A stretch of 64,000 bases of DNA from assembly GCA_018644725.1 (NCBI GenBank), contig JABGPZ010000069.1, positions 148,238-212,237 on the forward strand. Reading direction: 5' to 3'. Shown piece by piece: positions 41,314 to 51,307 of this stretch. The position numbers and the translations under genes were made by a program. The notes below the pieces were generated by a model. That model did no database searches. It was not told the DNA's origin and worked only from the letters and a program-made list of their open reading frames with translations. The DNA comes from Phycisphaerales bacterium. Lineage in GTDB: Bacteria > Planctomycetota > Phycisphaerae > SM23-33. How positions within the stretch are numbered: position 1 is the stretch's first letter; each line of letters opens with the position of its first letter.

Positions 41314-42501
41314 CTATTTGATTTCCGTCAGCAGCGAGTCGTCTCGCACACGGAAGGTGCGCGTCGTGCCGTCGGCGAGTTCTGTCCGCAGCGTCGCGTG
41401 ATAGCCTTTGGTCTTGGTGGAAATTTTAATGCGGACGGGCTCGTCGATGCCGAGGGTGGCGGCGGTGGGAGCGAACTTGTCGTGGAGTTTGTGATAGGCG
41501 CGCTGGTGGTGATAGACCTTCATGAGTACGTCGCGCACCACGAGTGTCGGGTCGGGCGTATAGGCGGCGGGCACCAGGCCAGGCTGGGCGAGTTTGGTGG
41601 AGAATTGCAATACGCCCCATCGTTCCGGGCGGTGCTTGGCGGGCTTGCCCACGGGCGAGAAGACCCAGTTGTTTGCTGGGCGATCGATGCGATCGAGTTT
41701 TTGATATGTCCCGTTGAGGATGTCCACGATCCACTCGACGCGCGCGAGTCCGAAGCGCCAGTATTGCCCGTCTTTGGGCGGGAAGGGGGCATTGGGGGAG
41801 AATCGCTTGAGCTCACCGAGGGGGATGGCCACTTCGACGCACCAGCCTTCGTCGGTGTCGGTGGGATCGTTGAGTGTGCCGCGCAGATGGACGGCCGACT
41901 GGAGGCCGACGAGATTGTAGGGTTTTTCATAGACCCAGCCGTCATCGTAGGTCTTTTTGGGGTTGAGTTCCCAGATGATATTGTTTGGGCTGACTTCAAA
42001 CTCGTAGTAGTTCTGGTTGTCCCCGTCGGGGTCGAGGTAGATTTCGAAATCGTTGTCGGTTTTGTAGATTTGCTCGTTGTTTGTTGAGGCGACGGCCCAG
42101 AGGTGCGGCTCTTCCATTTCGCAATAGACATAGAGGAACGAGTCGTCCCAGAGGAGCTTGGCGCGCGTAGCAAAGCGCGGTTTGGCGCGCTTGGATGGCA
42201 GCGGGGTTGGCATGCCGTCGGCGAGTTTGGATTCGATGGCTTTGCGGATGGCGGGGTCGATGTGTTCGATGTCGGCGAAGGACTCGGACCATTCGACGAA
42301 CTGCCATGCGGCGTCATCGTCTTTGCCGTCGACGAGGATGGGGCGGGGGGTTTTGTAGCAGATATATCCGCGCGGGGTGGCCGGGCCCATCACGTCCCAT
42401 GCACTGGAAAGGACGGGCTTGTTTTTCGGCGACATCGTGCTGATAAAAGCGATAATGACCAGCAGGCCGGTGAGGACGAAGAGGGTGATGTTTTTCTTCA
42501 T
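41314..42501 (-). CDS. CBM9-like sugar-binding domain protein
   Basis: N-terminal anchor; VDGKDDDAAW, TRAKLLWD, DFEIYLDPDGD, YYEFEV, EVAIP, HRPERWG. Confidence 0.8.
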   Translation of the reverse strand: MKKNITLFVLTGLLVIIAFISTMSPKNKPVLSSAWDVMGPATPRGYICYKTPRPILVDGKDDDAAWQFVEWSESFADIEHIDPAIRKAIESKLADGMPTPLPSKRAKPRFATRAKLLWDDSFLYVYCEMEEPHLWAVASTNNEQIYKTDNDFEIYLDPDGDNQNYYEFEVSPNNIIWELNPKKTYDDGWVYEKPYNLVGLQSAVHLRGTLNDPTDTDEGWCVEVAIPLGELKRFSPNAPFPPKDGQYWRFGLARVEWIVDILNGTYQKLDRIDRPANNWVFSPVGKPAKHRPERWGVLQFSTKLAQPGLVPAAYTPDPTLVVRDVLMKVYHHQRAYHKLHDKFAPTAATLGIDEPVRIKISTKTKGYHATLRTELADGTTRTFRVRDDSLLTEIK

Positions 42502-42519
42502 AGTGACCTCGCGGGGGGA

Positions 42520-43899
42520 TTATTGGAGTTTGCGAGTCCAGAAACGCAGCTGTTTGGCGAGCTGTTTTTTCCCGCCAGCGCCATCGGGGGCATAGCGCTT
42601 GACGACGTTTTTGGCGGTGAGATATTGGTAGACGTCTTTGGCGATGGCATCCGACGCTTCCTGGAACGTGTCCAGAGTCAGCTCGGAGAGAGCAAGCCCC
42701 TCGGCCTCGGCCGTGGCGACGAGCTGGCCGACGATGTGGTGGGCGGTGCGGAACGGGACGCCGCGGTTGACGAGATATTCCGCCAGAGCCGTCGCATCGA
42801 GAAAACCTTCATCGATGGTGGCGGCGACGATCTCTTCGCGGAACTTCGCCGTCGAGACGATCCCCGGGGCAACGCCCAGCGCCAGCAGCGTCTGCTTGAC
42901 GGTCATGAATGCGAAGCGTTTGTCGTCCTGCATGTCGCGGTTGTAGGCCAAGGGCAGACCCTTGACCATCGTCAGCAGGCTCATCAGCGACCCGAAGGTG
43001 CTCGCGGTTTTTCCGCGGATCAGCTCGAGGGTATCGGCGTTTTTCTTCTGGGGCATCATGCTCGAAGACGTGCAGTACGCGTCGTGGAGTTCGATCATGC
43101 CGAACTCGGTGGAGGAGTAGATGATCCAGTCTTCGCACCAGCGCGAGAGGTGCATGGTGAGCGTCGCACAGCACATCGCAAGCTCGACGAGGAAGTCGCG
43201 ATCGGATGTGGCGTCGATGGAGTTGCGGCTGATCGTGGAAAAGCCCAGCAGCTCGGCGGTGCGTTTGCGGTCGAGGTCGATGCTCGTACCCGCCACCGCG
43301 CCCGAGCCCAGCGGCGAGACGTCGATGCGTTTTCGGCAGTCCTGGATTCGTTCGACATCCCGGCCGAGCATTTCGACATAGGCCATCAGCCCGTGACCCG
43401 CGAGGATCGGCTGGGCGCGCTGGAGGTGCGTATAGGCGGGGATGACGATCTGACCCTGCTCGCGGGCAAGTTCAACAAATGCGCTCTGGAGCGTCTTCGT
43501 TGCGCTGATGAGGCTCTCGGCCGCATCGCGTGCCCACAGCCGCAGGTCGAGGGCGACTTGGTCGTTTCGGCTTCGGCCGGTGTGCAGCTTTCGTCCGGCG
43601 TCGCCCGTGCGCTCGGTCAGGGCCGACTCGATGACCATGTGGATGTCTTCGAGCTCGATGGGCATTGCCAGAGTGCCCGCTTCGATGTCGGACGCAACTG
43701 ACAGCAGACCCTTCTTGATCGTCTGGAATTCTTTCTTCGTGATGATCTTCTGCTCGCTGAGCATCTGCGCGTGGGCAATCGAGCCTGCAATGTCATAGCG
43801 CCACAGGTCGGTGTCGATGTCGATGCTCGCGAGGAGCTCGGCGGTGATGGCGTCGGCGGAGGCTTTGAGCCGGCCGTGCCAGGATTTCTTAGAGGCCAT
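42520..43899 (-). CDS. argH: Argininosuccinate lyase
   Basis: EDIH, HTGRSRNDQV, YTHLQRAQP, SSMMPQKKN, YNRDMQ; start at MASKKSW. Confidence 0.97.
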   Translation of the reverse strand: MASKKSWHGRLKASADAITAELLASIDIDTDLWRYDIAGSIAHAQMLSEQKIITKKEFQTIKKGLLSVASDIEAGTLAMPIELEDIHMVIESALTERTGDAGRKLHTGRSRNDQVALDLRLWARDAAESLISATKTLQSAFVELAREQGQIVIPAYTHLQRAQPILAGHGLMAYVEMLGRDVERIQDCRKRIDVSPLGSGAVAGTSIDLDRKRTAELLGFSTISRNSIDATSDRDFLVELAMCCATLTMHLSRWCEDWIIYSSTEFGMIELHDAYCTSSSMMPQKKNADTLELIRGKTASTFGSLMSLLTMVKGLPLAYNRDMQDDKRFAFMTVKQTLLALGVAPGIVSTAKFREEIVAATIDEGFLDATALAEYLVNRGVPFRTAHHIVGQLVATAEAEGLALSELTLDTFQEASDAIAKDVYQYLTAKNVVKRYAPDGAGGKKQLAKQLRFWTRKLQ

Positions 43900-43930
43900 G
43901 GAGTGGTCCTTTCGGTACAAACAGAGGTGC

Positions 43931-44704
43931 CTACCGGCCTTCCACGAGGCGGTCGGCGAGATAGTTGTCAAGCGATTCAATGTTGCGAATGGCATCGGCG
44001 GTGGTTTCGACGTCATATTTCACGCGCCGAAAGCGGACCTGATGGTCTTCGAGGATGACGTAGCAGGCGCGGTTGTCGCGGTCGCGCGGCTGACCGACGC
44101 TGCCGACATTGACGATGTGGCGTTTGTCGTTGAGTTCGAAGATCCCCTCGGGCAGCGCTGCGGCCGGGTGGAACATCAGGTCTTCACAGAACACGCCCGG
44201 CATGTGGGTGTGTCCGACGAAGCAGAGGTGCTCCATGCGATCGAACGAGCTTTGGATTTTTGCGGGGTGATTGGTGGTGTCCTCGGGGAAGAGGTATTCG
44301 TTGACAGGCCGGCGGGGGCTCCCGTGGACCAGCAGCACTTCGCGGACACCCTCGACCGGATTGGCGATGGTCTTCCGATTTTCCAGCGTCGCCAAAAATC
44401 GCAGCAAGTCGCCAGACTCTTCGGGGACCGACTCGTCGCAGAGCATCTGGCGGGTCCAGAACGCGGCCGACTCGGCACCGGCGTTGAAGTAGGTCGGCTC
44501 GTAGAGTACCGCGTAGTCGTGGTTGCCGAGGATGACTTCGGCGCAGTTGTCACGAATCATCGCGAGACATTCGCGCGGATTCGGCCCATAGCCGAGGATG
44601 TCGCCAAGGCACCAGATCGTCCGGATGCGTTGTTCGCGGATGTCGTCCAAGACGGCCGACAGCGCGGCGGTATTCGAGTGAATGTCGCTGAGAATTGCAA
44701 TCAT
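43931..44704 (-). CDS. Calcineurin-like metallophosphoesterase
   Basis: SDIHSN, LGDILGYG, GNHD, HGSP, GHTH, NVGSVGQPRD. Confidence 0.92.
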   Translation of the reverse strand: MIAILSDIHSNTAALSAVLDDIREQRIRTIWCLGDILGYGPNPRECLAMIRDNCAEVILGNHDYAVLYEPTYFNAGAESAAFWTRQMLCDESVPEESGDLLRFLATLENRKTIANPVEGVREVLLVHGSPRRPVNEYLFPEDTTNHPAKIQSSFDRMEHLCFVGHTHMPGVFCEDLMFHPAAALPEGIFELNDKRHIVNVGSVGQPRDRDNRACYVILEDHQVRFRRVKYDVETTADAIRNIESLDNYLADRLVEGR

Positions 44705-44759
44705 GGTTCTATGGTATTGGCGAATGGTGCCAGAATCAAGCCCTGAGCGGCCTAAGCAC

Positions 44760-44791
44760 AAAAAAAGCCCGGCCAAAATGACCGGGCGTTT
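44760..44791 (-). terminator. Terminator after tsf
   Basis: gcccgg...ccgggc stem with adjacent A-tract. Confidence 0.7.
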
Positions 44792-44817
44792 GCGTTGTCG
44801 TGATCGCGCGAAGGCGA

Positions 44818-45615
44818 TTATTCGCTGGTGTCGCCCACGGCGTAGCGCGCGAAGGCAGTGACGGTAGCGCCGCCAAGCATTTGCTTGATGGTTTGGCTTT
44901 CGTCGCGAATGAACTTTTGTTCCATCAGTGCGTTGTCGGCGACGAACTTGCGGATTTTGCCGACGACCATCTTTTCGGCGATTTCCTGGGGCTTGCCCTG
45001 TTCGACGGCCTGCTGGATGGCGATTTCCTTTTCCTTTTCGATCAGCTCAGCCGGGATGTCCTCGGCGATGATGCCAATCGGGTTGGAGAAGGTGATGTGC
45101 TGGCAGAGCCCGGCGACTGCGTCGGCGGGGGCCTCTTTGTCCAGCGCGACAATCACAGCCACCTTGTTGTTGTGGTGGATGTAGTTGCCGATGCAGGTGC
45201 CTTGGATTTTCACGCCGCGGGCGAACTTCATGTTCTCGCCAATGGTCGCGAAAGCTTCCTGGACGGCGGCAGTCATTTCGTCGGTGGCCTGAATTTCGCC
45301 AACGGGTTGAGCGACGGCCATGGTGAGCACGTTGTCGACCATTTTGACAAAGCCTTCGTTGCGGCTGCAGAAGTCAGTTTCGCAGAGGACTTCGATGATG
45401 GTGGCTTCGGTGTCGGTGATGTTGATGGCGAGGCGGCCTTCCTTGGTGGCGCGGCCGGCCTTCTTTTCGGCCTTGGCCAGCCCGCGAGCGCGCAGGTTGT
45501 CCTTGGCGAGTTGGATGTCACCGTCAGCTTCGATGAGCGCCTTGCGGCAGTCGCCCATGCCAATGCCGGTGGCTTCGCGAAGTTCTTTAACCATAGAGGC
45601 AGTAATATCAGCCAT
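44818..45615 (-). CDS. tsf: Translation elongation factor Ts
   Basis: VKELREATG, ETDF, IGEN, GKPQEIAEKMV; downstream of rpsB. Confidence 0.97.
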   Translation of the reverse strand: MADITASMVKELREATGIGMGDCRKALIEADGDIQLAKDNLRARGLAKAEKKAGRATKEGRLAINITDTEATIIEVLCETDFCSRNEGFVKMVDNVLTMAVAQPVGEIQATDEMTAAVQEAFATIGENMKFARGVKIQGTCIGNYIHHNNKVAVIVALDKEAPADAVAGLCQHITFSNPIGIIAEDIPAELIEKEKEIAIQQAVEQGKPQEIAEKMVVGKIRKFVADNALMEQKFIRDESQTIKQMLGGATVTAFARYAVGDTSE

Positions 45616-45666
45616 GAGTCTTTCTCCGTATATTGAGTGTGTTGTGTGTGAGGGACCGGCCGGGGA

Positions 45667-46605
45667 CTATTCCGCGGCGGGGGCTTCGGGCGCGACTTCT
45701 TCAGCAGCGGCGGGCGCTACTTCTTCGGCCACGGGTGCAACTTCTTCAGCCACGGGTGCAACTTCTTCGGCTGCGGCGGGTGCGACTTCTTCGGCTGCGG
45801 CGGGTGCGACTTGTTCAGCGGCTGCGGGTGCTGCTGCTTCTTCGGCTGCACGTGCAGTGGTTTCGCGCTGGCTGCGACGCTTGGGTTTTTCGTCGGTGCC
45901 TTCTTTGTCGGCGCCTTGGCCGCGGAGTTTGGTGGCGGTGTCGATGGTGCTCGCCAGTTCGCGAACGATGATTTCGATCGAGCGCATCGCGTCGTCGTTA
46001 CCGGGGATCGGCAGGTCGACGAGGTCGGGGTTGGCGTCGGTGTCAATCAGTGCGACGACCGGGATGCCAGCCTTGCGGGCTTCTTTGAGCGTGATGGTTT
46101 CGTTCGTGGCATCGATCACAACAATCGCGCCGGGGAACTTGGTCATCGTGCGCAGGCCGTTGAGGTTGCGACGGATCTTTTTCATTTCGCGGCGGAGACG
46201 GCTGCCTTCCTTCTTGGAGTAGGCGTCGAGGGTACCGGCTTCTTCCATGCCCTCGAGTTGTTCCAACCGTGCGATGCGCTTGCGGATTTCGCGGAAGTTG
46301 GTCAGCGTGCCACCCAGCCAGCGTTCGGTGACCCAGTGCATGCCGATTTCTTCAGCGTGGGTTTCGATCGACTTGCGCGCTTGGCGCTTGGTGCCCACGA
46401 AGAGCACGTCTTTGCCGCCCGAGACGACCTGGGTGAGGAATTTCTTCGCGAGCAGAAGGCCGCGGAGGGTTTCCTTGACGTCGATGATGTGCAGACCGCC
46501 ACGCTTGGAGAAGATGTAGGGGCGCATCTTGGGGTTCCAGCGGCTGGCGCGGTGGCCAAAGTGGATCCCGGCATCGATCATTTCCTGAACCATATTATTC
46601 GACAT
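45667..46605 (-). CDS. rpsB: 30S ribosomal protein S2 with repetitive acidic Ala/Pro tail
   Basis: AGIHFGH..RWNPKM, RWLGGTLTN, IPGNDDA; GGAGG RBS. Confidence 0.98.
   Translation of the reverse strand: MSNNMVQEMIDAGIHFGHRASRWNPKMRPYIFSKRGGLHIIDVKETLRGLLLAKKFLTQVVSGGKDVLFVGTKRQARKSIETHAEEIGMHWVTERWLGGTLTNFREIRKRIARLEQLEGMEEAGTLDAYSKKEGSRLRREMKKIRRNLNGLRTMTKFPGAIVVIDATNETITLKEARKAGIPVVALIDTDANPDLVDLPIPGNDDAMRSIEIIVRELASTIDTATKLRGQGADKEGTDEKPKRRSQRETTARAAEEAAAPAAAEQVAPAAAEEVAPAAAEEVAPVAEEVAPVAEEVAPAAAEEVAPEAPAAE
45680..45850 (-). repeat. Coding tandem repeat (AAAEEVAP / VAEEVAP) in the S2 C-terminal tail
   Basis: About six 21- to 24-nt units. Confidence 0.85.
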
Positions 46606-46673
46606 AGCAATAGCCTCCAACCTGATTTTCTGGCCGACCTTACTACAAGGCAGAGCGGCAAAAACAGGCATGT

Positions 46674-46741
46674 CGTTAGGGCCTCCGAAGCAATGGTAGA
46701 GCGCGGAATGGCTCTTTTATGGCGCTTCGTGGCCGGTGTTT
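46674..46741 (-). promoter_or_regulatory. Putative rpsB (S2) autoregulatory leader RNA
   Basis: Minus strand AACACC...CGAAGC...GCTTCG-GAGGCCCTAAC resembles the ACAC...GGAGGC.UAAC signature of rpsB leaders. Confidence 0.55.
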
Positions 46742-47082
46742 CCCAGACCGCCAGAACTCACATTGAGTCCCAATAGAACGATCAGGGGCGAAGAATATAC
46801 CCCGAAAGGGGAAAAAACACAAGAAAAAAGGGATAAAAACAAAGGAAAAACAGGAGAGGCCATAGGAGGGTAGGGGATAGGTTGATAGGACAGAACGGAA
46901 GAAATACACACGGGTTGTTGCTTGTACACGCCTGTGTTCTTGCTTGCAAGAATTCAGGATCAGTTTCGTAGGGGCGGAGCTTGCCGGCGCGGAATGTGTG
47001 CTGATGTCATTTTGTGGAAAACCGGGACGGGGAAAGCAGGGTGGGGGATATGGAAACCATGGGGGAGAAATATGGAAAACAT

Positions 47083-47148
47083 GGGGACTGGTACCCTTTA
47101 TTTTGTCCTGTGTTCTCGATTTCTATCTGTTGTCAGGTACCTGTCCCC
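47083..47148. repeat. Inverted pair of GGGGAC(T/A)GGTACC repeats
   Basis: ggggactggtacc (47083-47095) and ggtacctgtcccc (47136-47148); the same motif also occurs within 31795-31813. Confidence 0.65.
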
Positions 47149-47211
47149 TTTTTTCCTTCGCCCCGGCCTCCAAGGCTTCAATGATTCATTCGTGTGGACC
47201 GGCCCTGCCTT

Positions 47212-47399
47212 TGCCCTGAAAGGGCAACAGGGTTTAGCCGGGGGCGTAAGCCCCCGGTAGATGTGCCCCAAAACCAAGCCCTGAAAGGGCGAAAGAGAAA
47301 TGTAGGATGGGTGTTTCTTTCGCCCCTTCGGGGCTCTTTTTATTATGCTCATTCCGGGGGCTTACGCCCCCGGCTAAATCCTTTCGCGCCTCCGGCGCT
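47212..47399. mobile_element. Second non-autonomous copy of the triple-hairpin inverted-arm element
   Basis: Arms 47212-47296 and 47316-47399; invariant tagccgggggcgtaagcccccgg core in both; 19-bp spacer. Confidence 0.85.
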
Positions 47400-47613
47400 T
47401 GAGACAATCCTGTCGCATCAGTATCGTAGTCTCGTAGGGCGGGGGAGTTGTTGCTCGTCGTATTGGGGTTGCGACATTGTTGCCATGATTTTTGAATAAT
47501 TGTCTAAGTGGCGGCTGGATTATTCGTCCTTTAGGTATCGCGGGTGGAGGCTTGCGAAGGGAATTGGAATGGAAGTCCTTCAAATTGAAGTCGGGAAACG
47601 GTACAATGTCGGG

Positions 47614-48579
47614 ATGCACGAGGGAAAACACATTTCATCGCTGGCGGAGGTCACCGACGACCAGCGCGGCTGCGTACTGACGATCGGCAAGTTCGACGGC
47701 GTTCATCACGGCCATCGCGAGCTGATCGCATGCGCGCGGCAGATCGCCGACGACGCAACCACGGCCGGGGGAGTTTATGTCCCGCTGGTGGCGATGCTGT
47801 TTTGGCCGTCGCCCGAAGCGATCCTCTGGCCCGACCGCCCGTGGCAAACCCTCAGCACACTCGACCAGCGCATCCGCCGGCTTCTCTCGTGCGGCGTCGA
47901 TGCCGTCGTCACCGTCGAGCCGACCGTCGGATTTTTGTCCCTGCCGCCCGAGACCTTCGTCGATGCCATCGTCGTCGAAACGTTCGCCGCGTGCGCCGTG
48001 GTCGAAGGCCCGGACTTCAGCTATGGCCGCGACCGTGGCGGATCGCTTGATGATCTGCGCGACGCGGGCGAGGAACACGGCTTTTCTGTCCACTGCATCG
48101 AGCCGCACCTCATCGACGTCGAAGGCAGCAGCCACCGCGTCTCCAGCACACAAATTCGCCGCCTGATTTCCGAAGGCGCAGTCGAACTCGCGGCCGAGTT
48201 GCTCGACGGCCCGTTCGAGTTGGCTGGCGATGTCGTCACCGGCCGGGGCGTGGGGCGCGAACTTGAATTCCCCACCGCCAACCTCCACGTCGGCGACCAG
48301 GTCGTCCCCGATGAAGGAGTCTACGCGGGCGTGGCGATCCTCGACGGCGCGCGCCATGTCGCCGCGATCAGCATCGGCACGGCCCCGACGATTCCCTCCG
48401 AGCAGCGACTCATCGAGGCCTATCTGCTGGACTATCCCGGCGCGGACCTCTACGGCCAAACCATTGAACTTCAATTTCACCATCGCCTGCGCAGCCAGAA
48501 GCGTTTTGACTCGCGCGAGGCGTTGCAGCATCAAATTCAACAGGATGTCGCCCATGTCCGATCCCTCGTCCAACTTTAG
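47614..48579 (+). CDS. ribF: Bifunctional riboflavin kinase/FAD synthetase
   Basis: IGKFDGVHHGH, GPDFSYG, VSSTQIR, FPTAN, EGVY, IEAYLLD. Confidence 0.95.
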   Translation: MHEGKHISSLAEVTDDQRGCVLTIGKFDGVHHGHRELIACARQIADDATTAGGVYVPLVAMLFWPSPEAILWPDRPWQTLSTLDQRIRRLLSCGVDAVVTVEPTVGFLSLPPETFVDAIVVETFAACAVVEGPDFSYGRDRGGSLDDLRDAGEEHGFSVHCIEPHLIDVEGSSHRVSSTQIRRLISEGAVELAAELLDGPFELAGDVVTGRGVGRELEFPTANLHVGDQVVPDEGVYAGVAILDGARHVAAISIGTAPTIPSEQRLIEAYLLDYPGADLYGQTIELQFHHRLRSQKRFDSREALQHQIQQDVAHVRSLVQL

Positions 48580-49549
48580 CGCCGCGTTTGCCGACCTTGT
48601 TTCCGCGGTCTCAGCCGCAGAGACTCTCGTCGTGGTTTCCCATGGCAACCCCGACGGCGACGCCATTGGCTCGGCTGGCGCACTCGTCGCCGCAGCGCGT
48701 CGTGCGGGCAAAACGGCCGTCGGCGTGTTCCCTGGCGGCGCGCCCGAGCGGCTTGCGTGGGTGGCCCCGGCCGAATTGTTTGCCGATGAATCGCAACTTT
48801 CCGCGCTGCTGGACTCGGCCGACTGCGTGATTGTGGTCGACACGTCCTCCGCCGTCCAGCTTGGCGACCTCGCATCGGCGATTACCGCGTGCAGCGACAA
48901 GCTGTTCGTCCTCGATCACCACACCCGGCCAGACCTTCCCGCGGCGTGTCTCGCGGTGGATACTACCGCCGGCGCGGCGGGGCTACTGGTGCTCGAGCTT
49001 TGCGAAACGCTCGGGTGGCCCGTCGATCTGCCTCTCGCCGAAATGCTCGCCGTCGCGATTCTCACCGACACGGGCTGGCTGCGCTTCAGCAACACCGATG
49101 CGCGCATTCTTGCGGCGATGGCGCGGCTGGTGGCGACGGGAATCACGCTCGACACGATCTATCAGGAAATTTACCAGCAGGAACGTCCGCAGCGTCTCGC
49201 GCTCAAGCAGCGCAGTCTGGATTCGCTGGTATGGCACGGCGGCGGCGCAATCGCGGTGATGACGCTCCGCGAATCGGACTTTGCCGAAACCGGCGCCACG
49301 AGCGATGAAACCGAGGGATTGGTGAACGAACCCTTCGTCGTTGGCGCGGCAGAGGTCTCGATCCTCCTCGTCGAAGCGCCCGGCCTGACGCGCGTGTCTC
49401 TTCGGAGTCGCGGGGCGGTGGACGTGGCGGACCTTGCCCGTAAGTTTGGCGGCGGCGGACACGTTCGCGCGGCGGGCATCAAAACGCCCGAGCCTCTCGA
49501 CGCATTCTGCACGACGTTGTTGGCGGCAATTGAGAAAAAAGGTCTTTAG
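48554..49549 (+). CDS. DHH family phosphoesterase (NrnA-like)
   Basis: HGNPDGDAIGS, LDHH, TDTG, GGGHVRAAG. Confidence 0.92.
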   Translation: MSDPSSNFSAAFADLVSAVSAAETLVVVSHGNPDGDAIGSAGALVAAARRAGKTAVGVFPGGAPERLAWVAPAELFADESQLSALLDSADCVIVVDTSSAVQLGDLASAITACSDKLFVLDHHTRPDLPAACLAVDTTAGAAGLLVLELCETLGWPVDLPLAEMLAVAILTDTGWLRFSNTDARILAAMARLVATGITLDTIYQEIYQQERPQRLALKQRSLDSLVWHGGGAIAVMTLRESDFAETGATSDETEGLVNEPFVVGAAEVSILLVEAPGLTRVSLRSRGAVDVADLARKFGGGGHVRAAGIKTPEPLDAFCTTLLAAIEKKGL

Positions 49550-49606
49550 CATTTTCCGGATCGGTGGTATACTCTTTTTACACCTTCTTCGACAAAGGAT
49601 TGCATC

Positions 49607-51307
49607 ATGGACCAGCCCGCCGACAAACGAGTCTCACCCAAATCGATCTTGATGGGAGTTGGGATTTTGGCGGTGTTTGCCTGGTGCTATCATCGTACGT
49701 TTTATGAAATGTGGTTGCGTTGGTTCCCCGCATGGAAATATAGCCAGTGGTCTGTGTATGACCGCCTGTTTGAGGGGGAAGGGTACTACACCCACGGCCC
49801 GCTGGTGGTTCTGATTTCGGCGCTGATTGCCGTTATGCTGCTTCGCTTTACGAAGATCCGCACGCAGCCCTCGCCCAAATTCGGCGCGGTGGTGCTGATC
49901 GGGAGTGTGATGGTCCATTGGCTCGCGGCATTGGCGCAGGTGAATTTCCTCAGCGCGATGACCATTCCCTCGACGCTCGCGGGCGGCGTGTTGATCCTCT
50001 GGGGACGCGACGCGCTGAAGCGGTTGGCGTTTCCGCTTCTGTTTTTGTTCTTCATGGTCCCGATGCCGGAAGTGCTGATCGCGGGGCTGAATTTTGAGCT
50101 GAAAATGTTCACGGTCGATGGCTCGGTGAAGCTCTTTACATTCCTGGGCGGCATTGCCGAACGTCTCGACAATGAAGTCGTTCTTCTGGGCGACAAGACC
50201 CTGGTGGTCGCGAACGTTTGCAACGGTCTGCGCTCGCTGATCAGTCTGCTGGCGTTCGGGGTACTCTATGCCTACGTGTGCAAGGTGCGCGGTCTGTGGC
50301 GGTGGGTGTTGCTGTTTGCCTCGCTGCCCGTGGCCTTGGTGTGCAACGCGATCCGCATCATGAGCTTGATTCTCGTGGCCGACGTTGTCAGCGTTGAGGT
50401 CGCTTCAGGCTGGTACCACGACCTGTCGGGCGTGATGCTCTATCCGCTGGCGATTCTCATTCTCTTCTCGTTCGAGGCGTTCATCCTTTGGACGCACGCG
50501 CGCCTCAAGCATCCCATTGTGGTTCGGCCGCTCTTTGACGGCCTGCGGCGCACCGATGACGATCTCGGCCAGGCCCATGCGATGGTGCGTGGATTTGCCA
50601 CGCGCCGGGCGCTGGTGTTGCTGGTGTTGGTCGCGGGCGCAGCGGGGGGGACGAAGTGGCTGCATTCGACGGAAAAATCGTATGACCGCGACTCCGCACG
50701 CCTAAGCCAGCTCGTTACCAAGACCCTGACGATTGGGGGGGGAGAATGGGCCAGCGAAGATCTGGACCTCGACAAGAAAACCCTCGCCATTCTCCAGAAC
50801 CCTGACTATCTCCGTCGCCGCTATGCGTCCATGGGACGCGGGACGATGGAATTGATGATCCTCTATAGCCGCAACAACCGCAAGGGCAATCACCCGCCCG
50901 ATCTCTGCATCGAAGGCAGCGGTCAGGAAGTCTTCAAGAAGCAGTCCGTCGAGGTCCGCACGAACGGAGGCCAGAGTGTGTGGTGTCAGGAACTCCAGGC
51001 CAAGGAGAGTCCCAAGCATCGCCGCGTCGGCGAACCGCGCAAGCGATTTGTTCACCTGTACACCTACCGCGCAGGCGAGATCTACACCAACAGCTTCTGG
51101 CGACAGCAGTGGACGATTTTCCTCAACTCGCTCCTTGGCCGAGACAGCCGGGGAATGTTGGTCTATGTCGTTGTCCCCCTGAGTGACCGACCCGAGGCGT
51201 CTCGCGCTCAAAGCCAGCAGCTCCTCGCGGCGGTGTTGGATGAATTGGAACACAATCTCCCACGTCTGGACGTGGAAGCTGGAAGGAAGAACCCCGATGA
51301 AAAGTAG
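49607..51307 (+). CDS. Exosortase (EpsH/Xrt family) fused to an EpsI-like domain
   Basis: YYTHG, FMVPMP, VANVCNGLRSL (Cys), NAIRI (Arg), YHD (His); C-terminal soluble domain with HPPDLC..GSG. Confidence 0.88.
   Translation: MDQPADKRVSPKSILMGVGILAVFAWCYHRTFYEMWLRWFPAWKYSQWSVYDRLFEGEGYYTHGPLVVLISALIAVMLLRFTKIRTQPSPKFGAVVLIGSVMVHWLAALAQVNFLSAMTIPSTLAGGVLILWGRDALKRLAFPLLFLFFMVPMPEVLIAGLNFELKMFTVDGSVKLFTFLGGIAERLDNEVVLLGDKTLVVANVCNGLRSLISLLAFGVLYAYVCKVRGLWRWVLLFASLPVALVCNAIRIMSLILVADVVSVEVASGWYHDLSGVMLYPLAILILFSFEAFILWTHARLKHPIVVRPLFDGLRRTDDDLGQAHAMVRGFATRRALVLLVLVAGAAGGTKWLHSTEKSYDRDSARLSQLVTKTLTIGGGEWASEDLDLDKKTLAILQNPDYLRRRYASMGRGTMELMILYSRNNRKGNHPPDLCIEGSGQEVFKKQSVEVRTNGGQSVWCQELQAKESPKHRRVGEPRKRFVHLYTYRAGEIYTNSFWRQQWTIFLNSLLGRDSRGMLVYVVVPLSDRPEASRAQSQQLLAAVLDELEHNLPRLDVEAGRKNPDEK

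Noticed and set aside
45680..45850. S2 C-terminal repeat as a novelty
   Set aside because: Acidic Ala/Pro-rich repetitive S2 tails are common; recorded only as a feature
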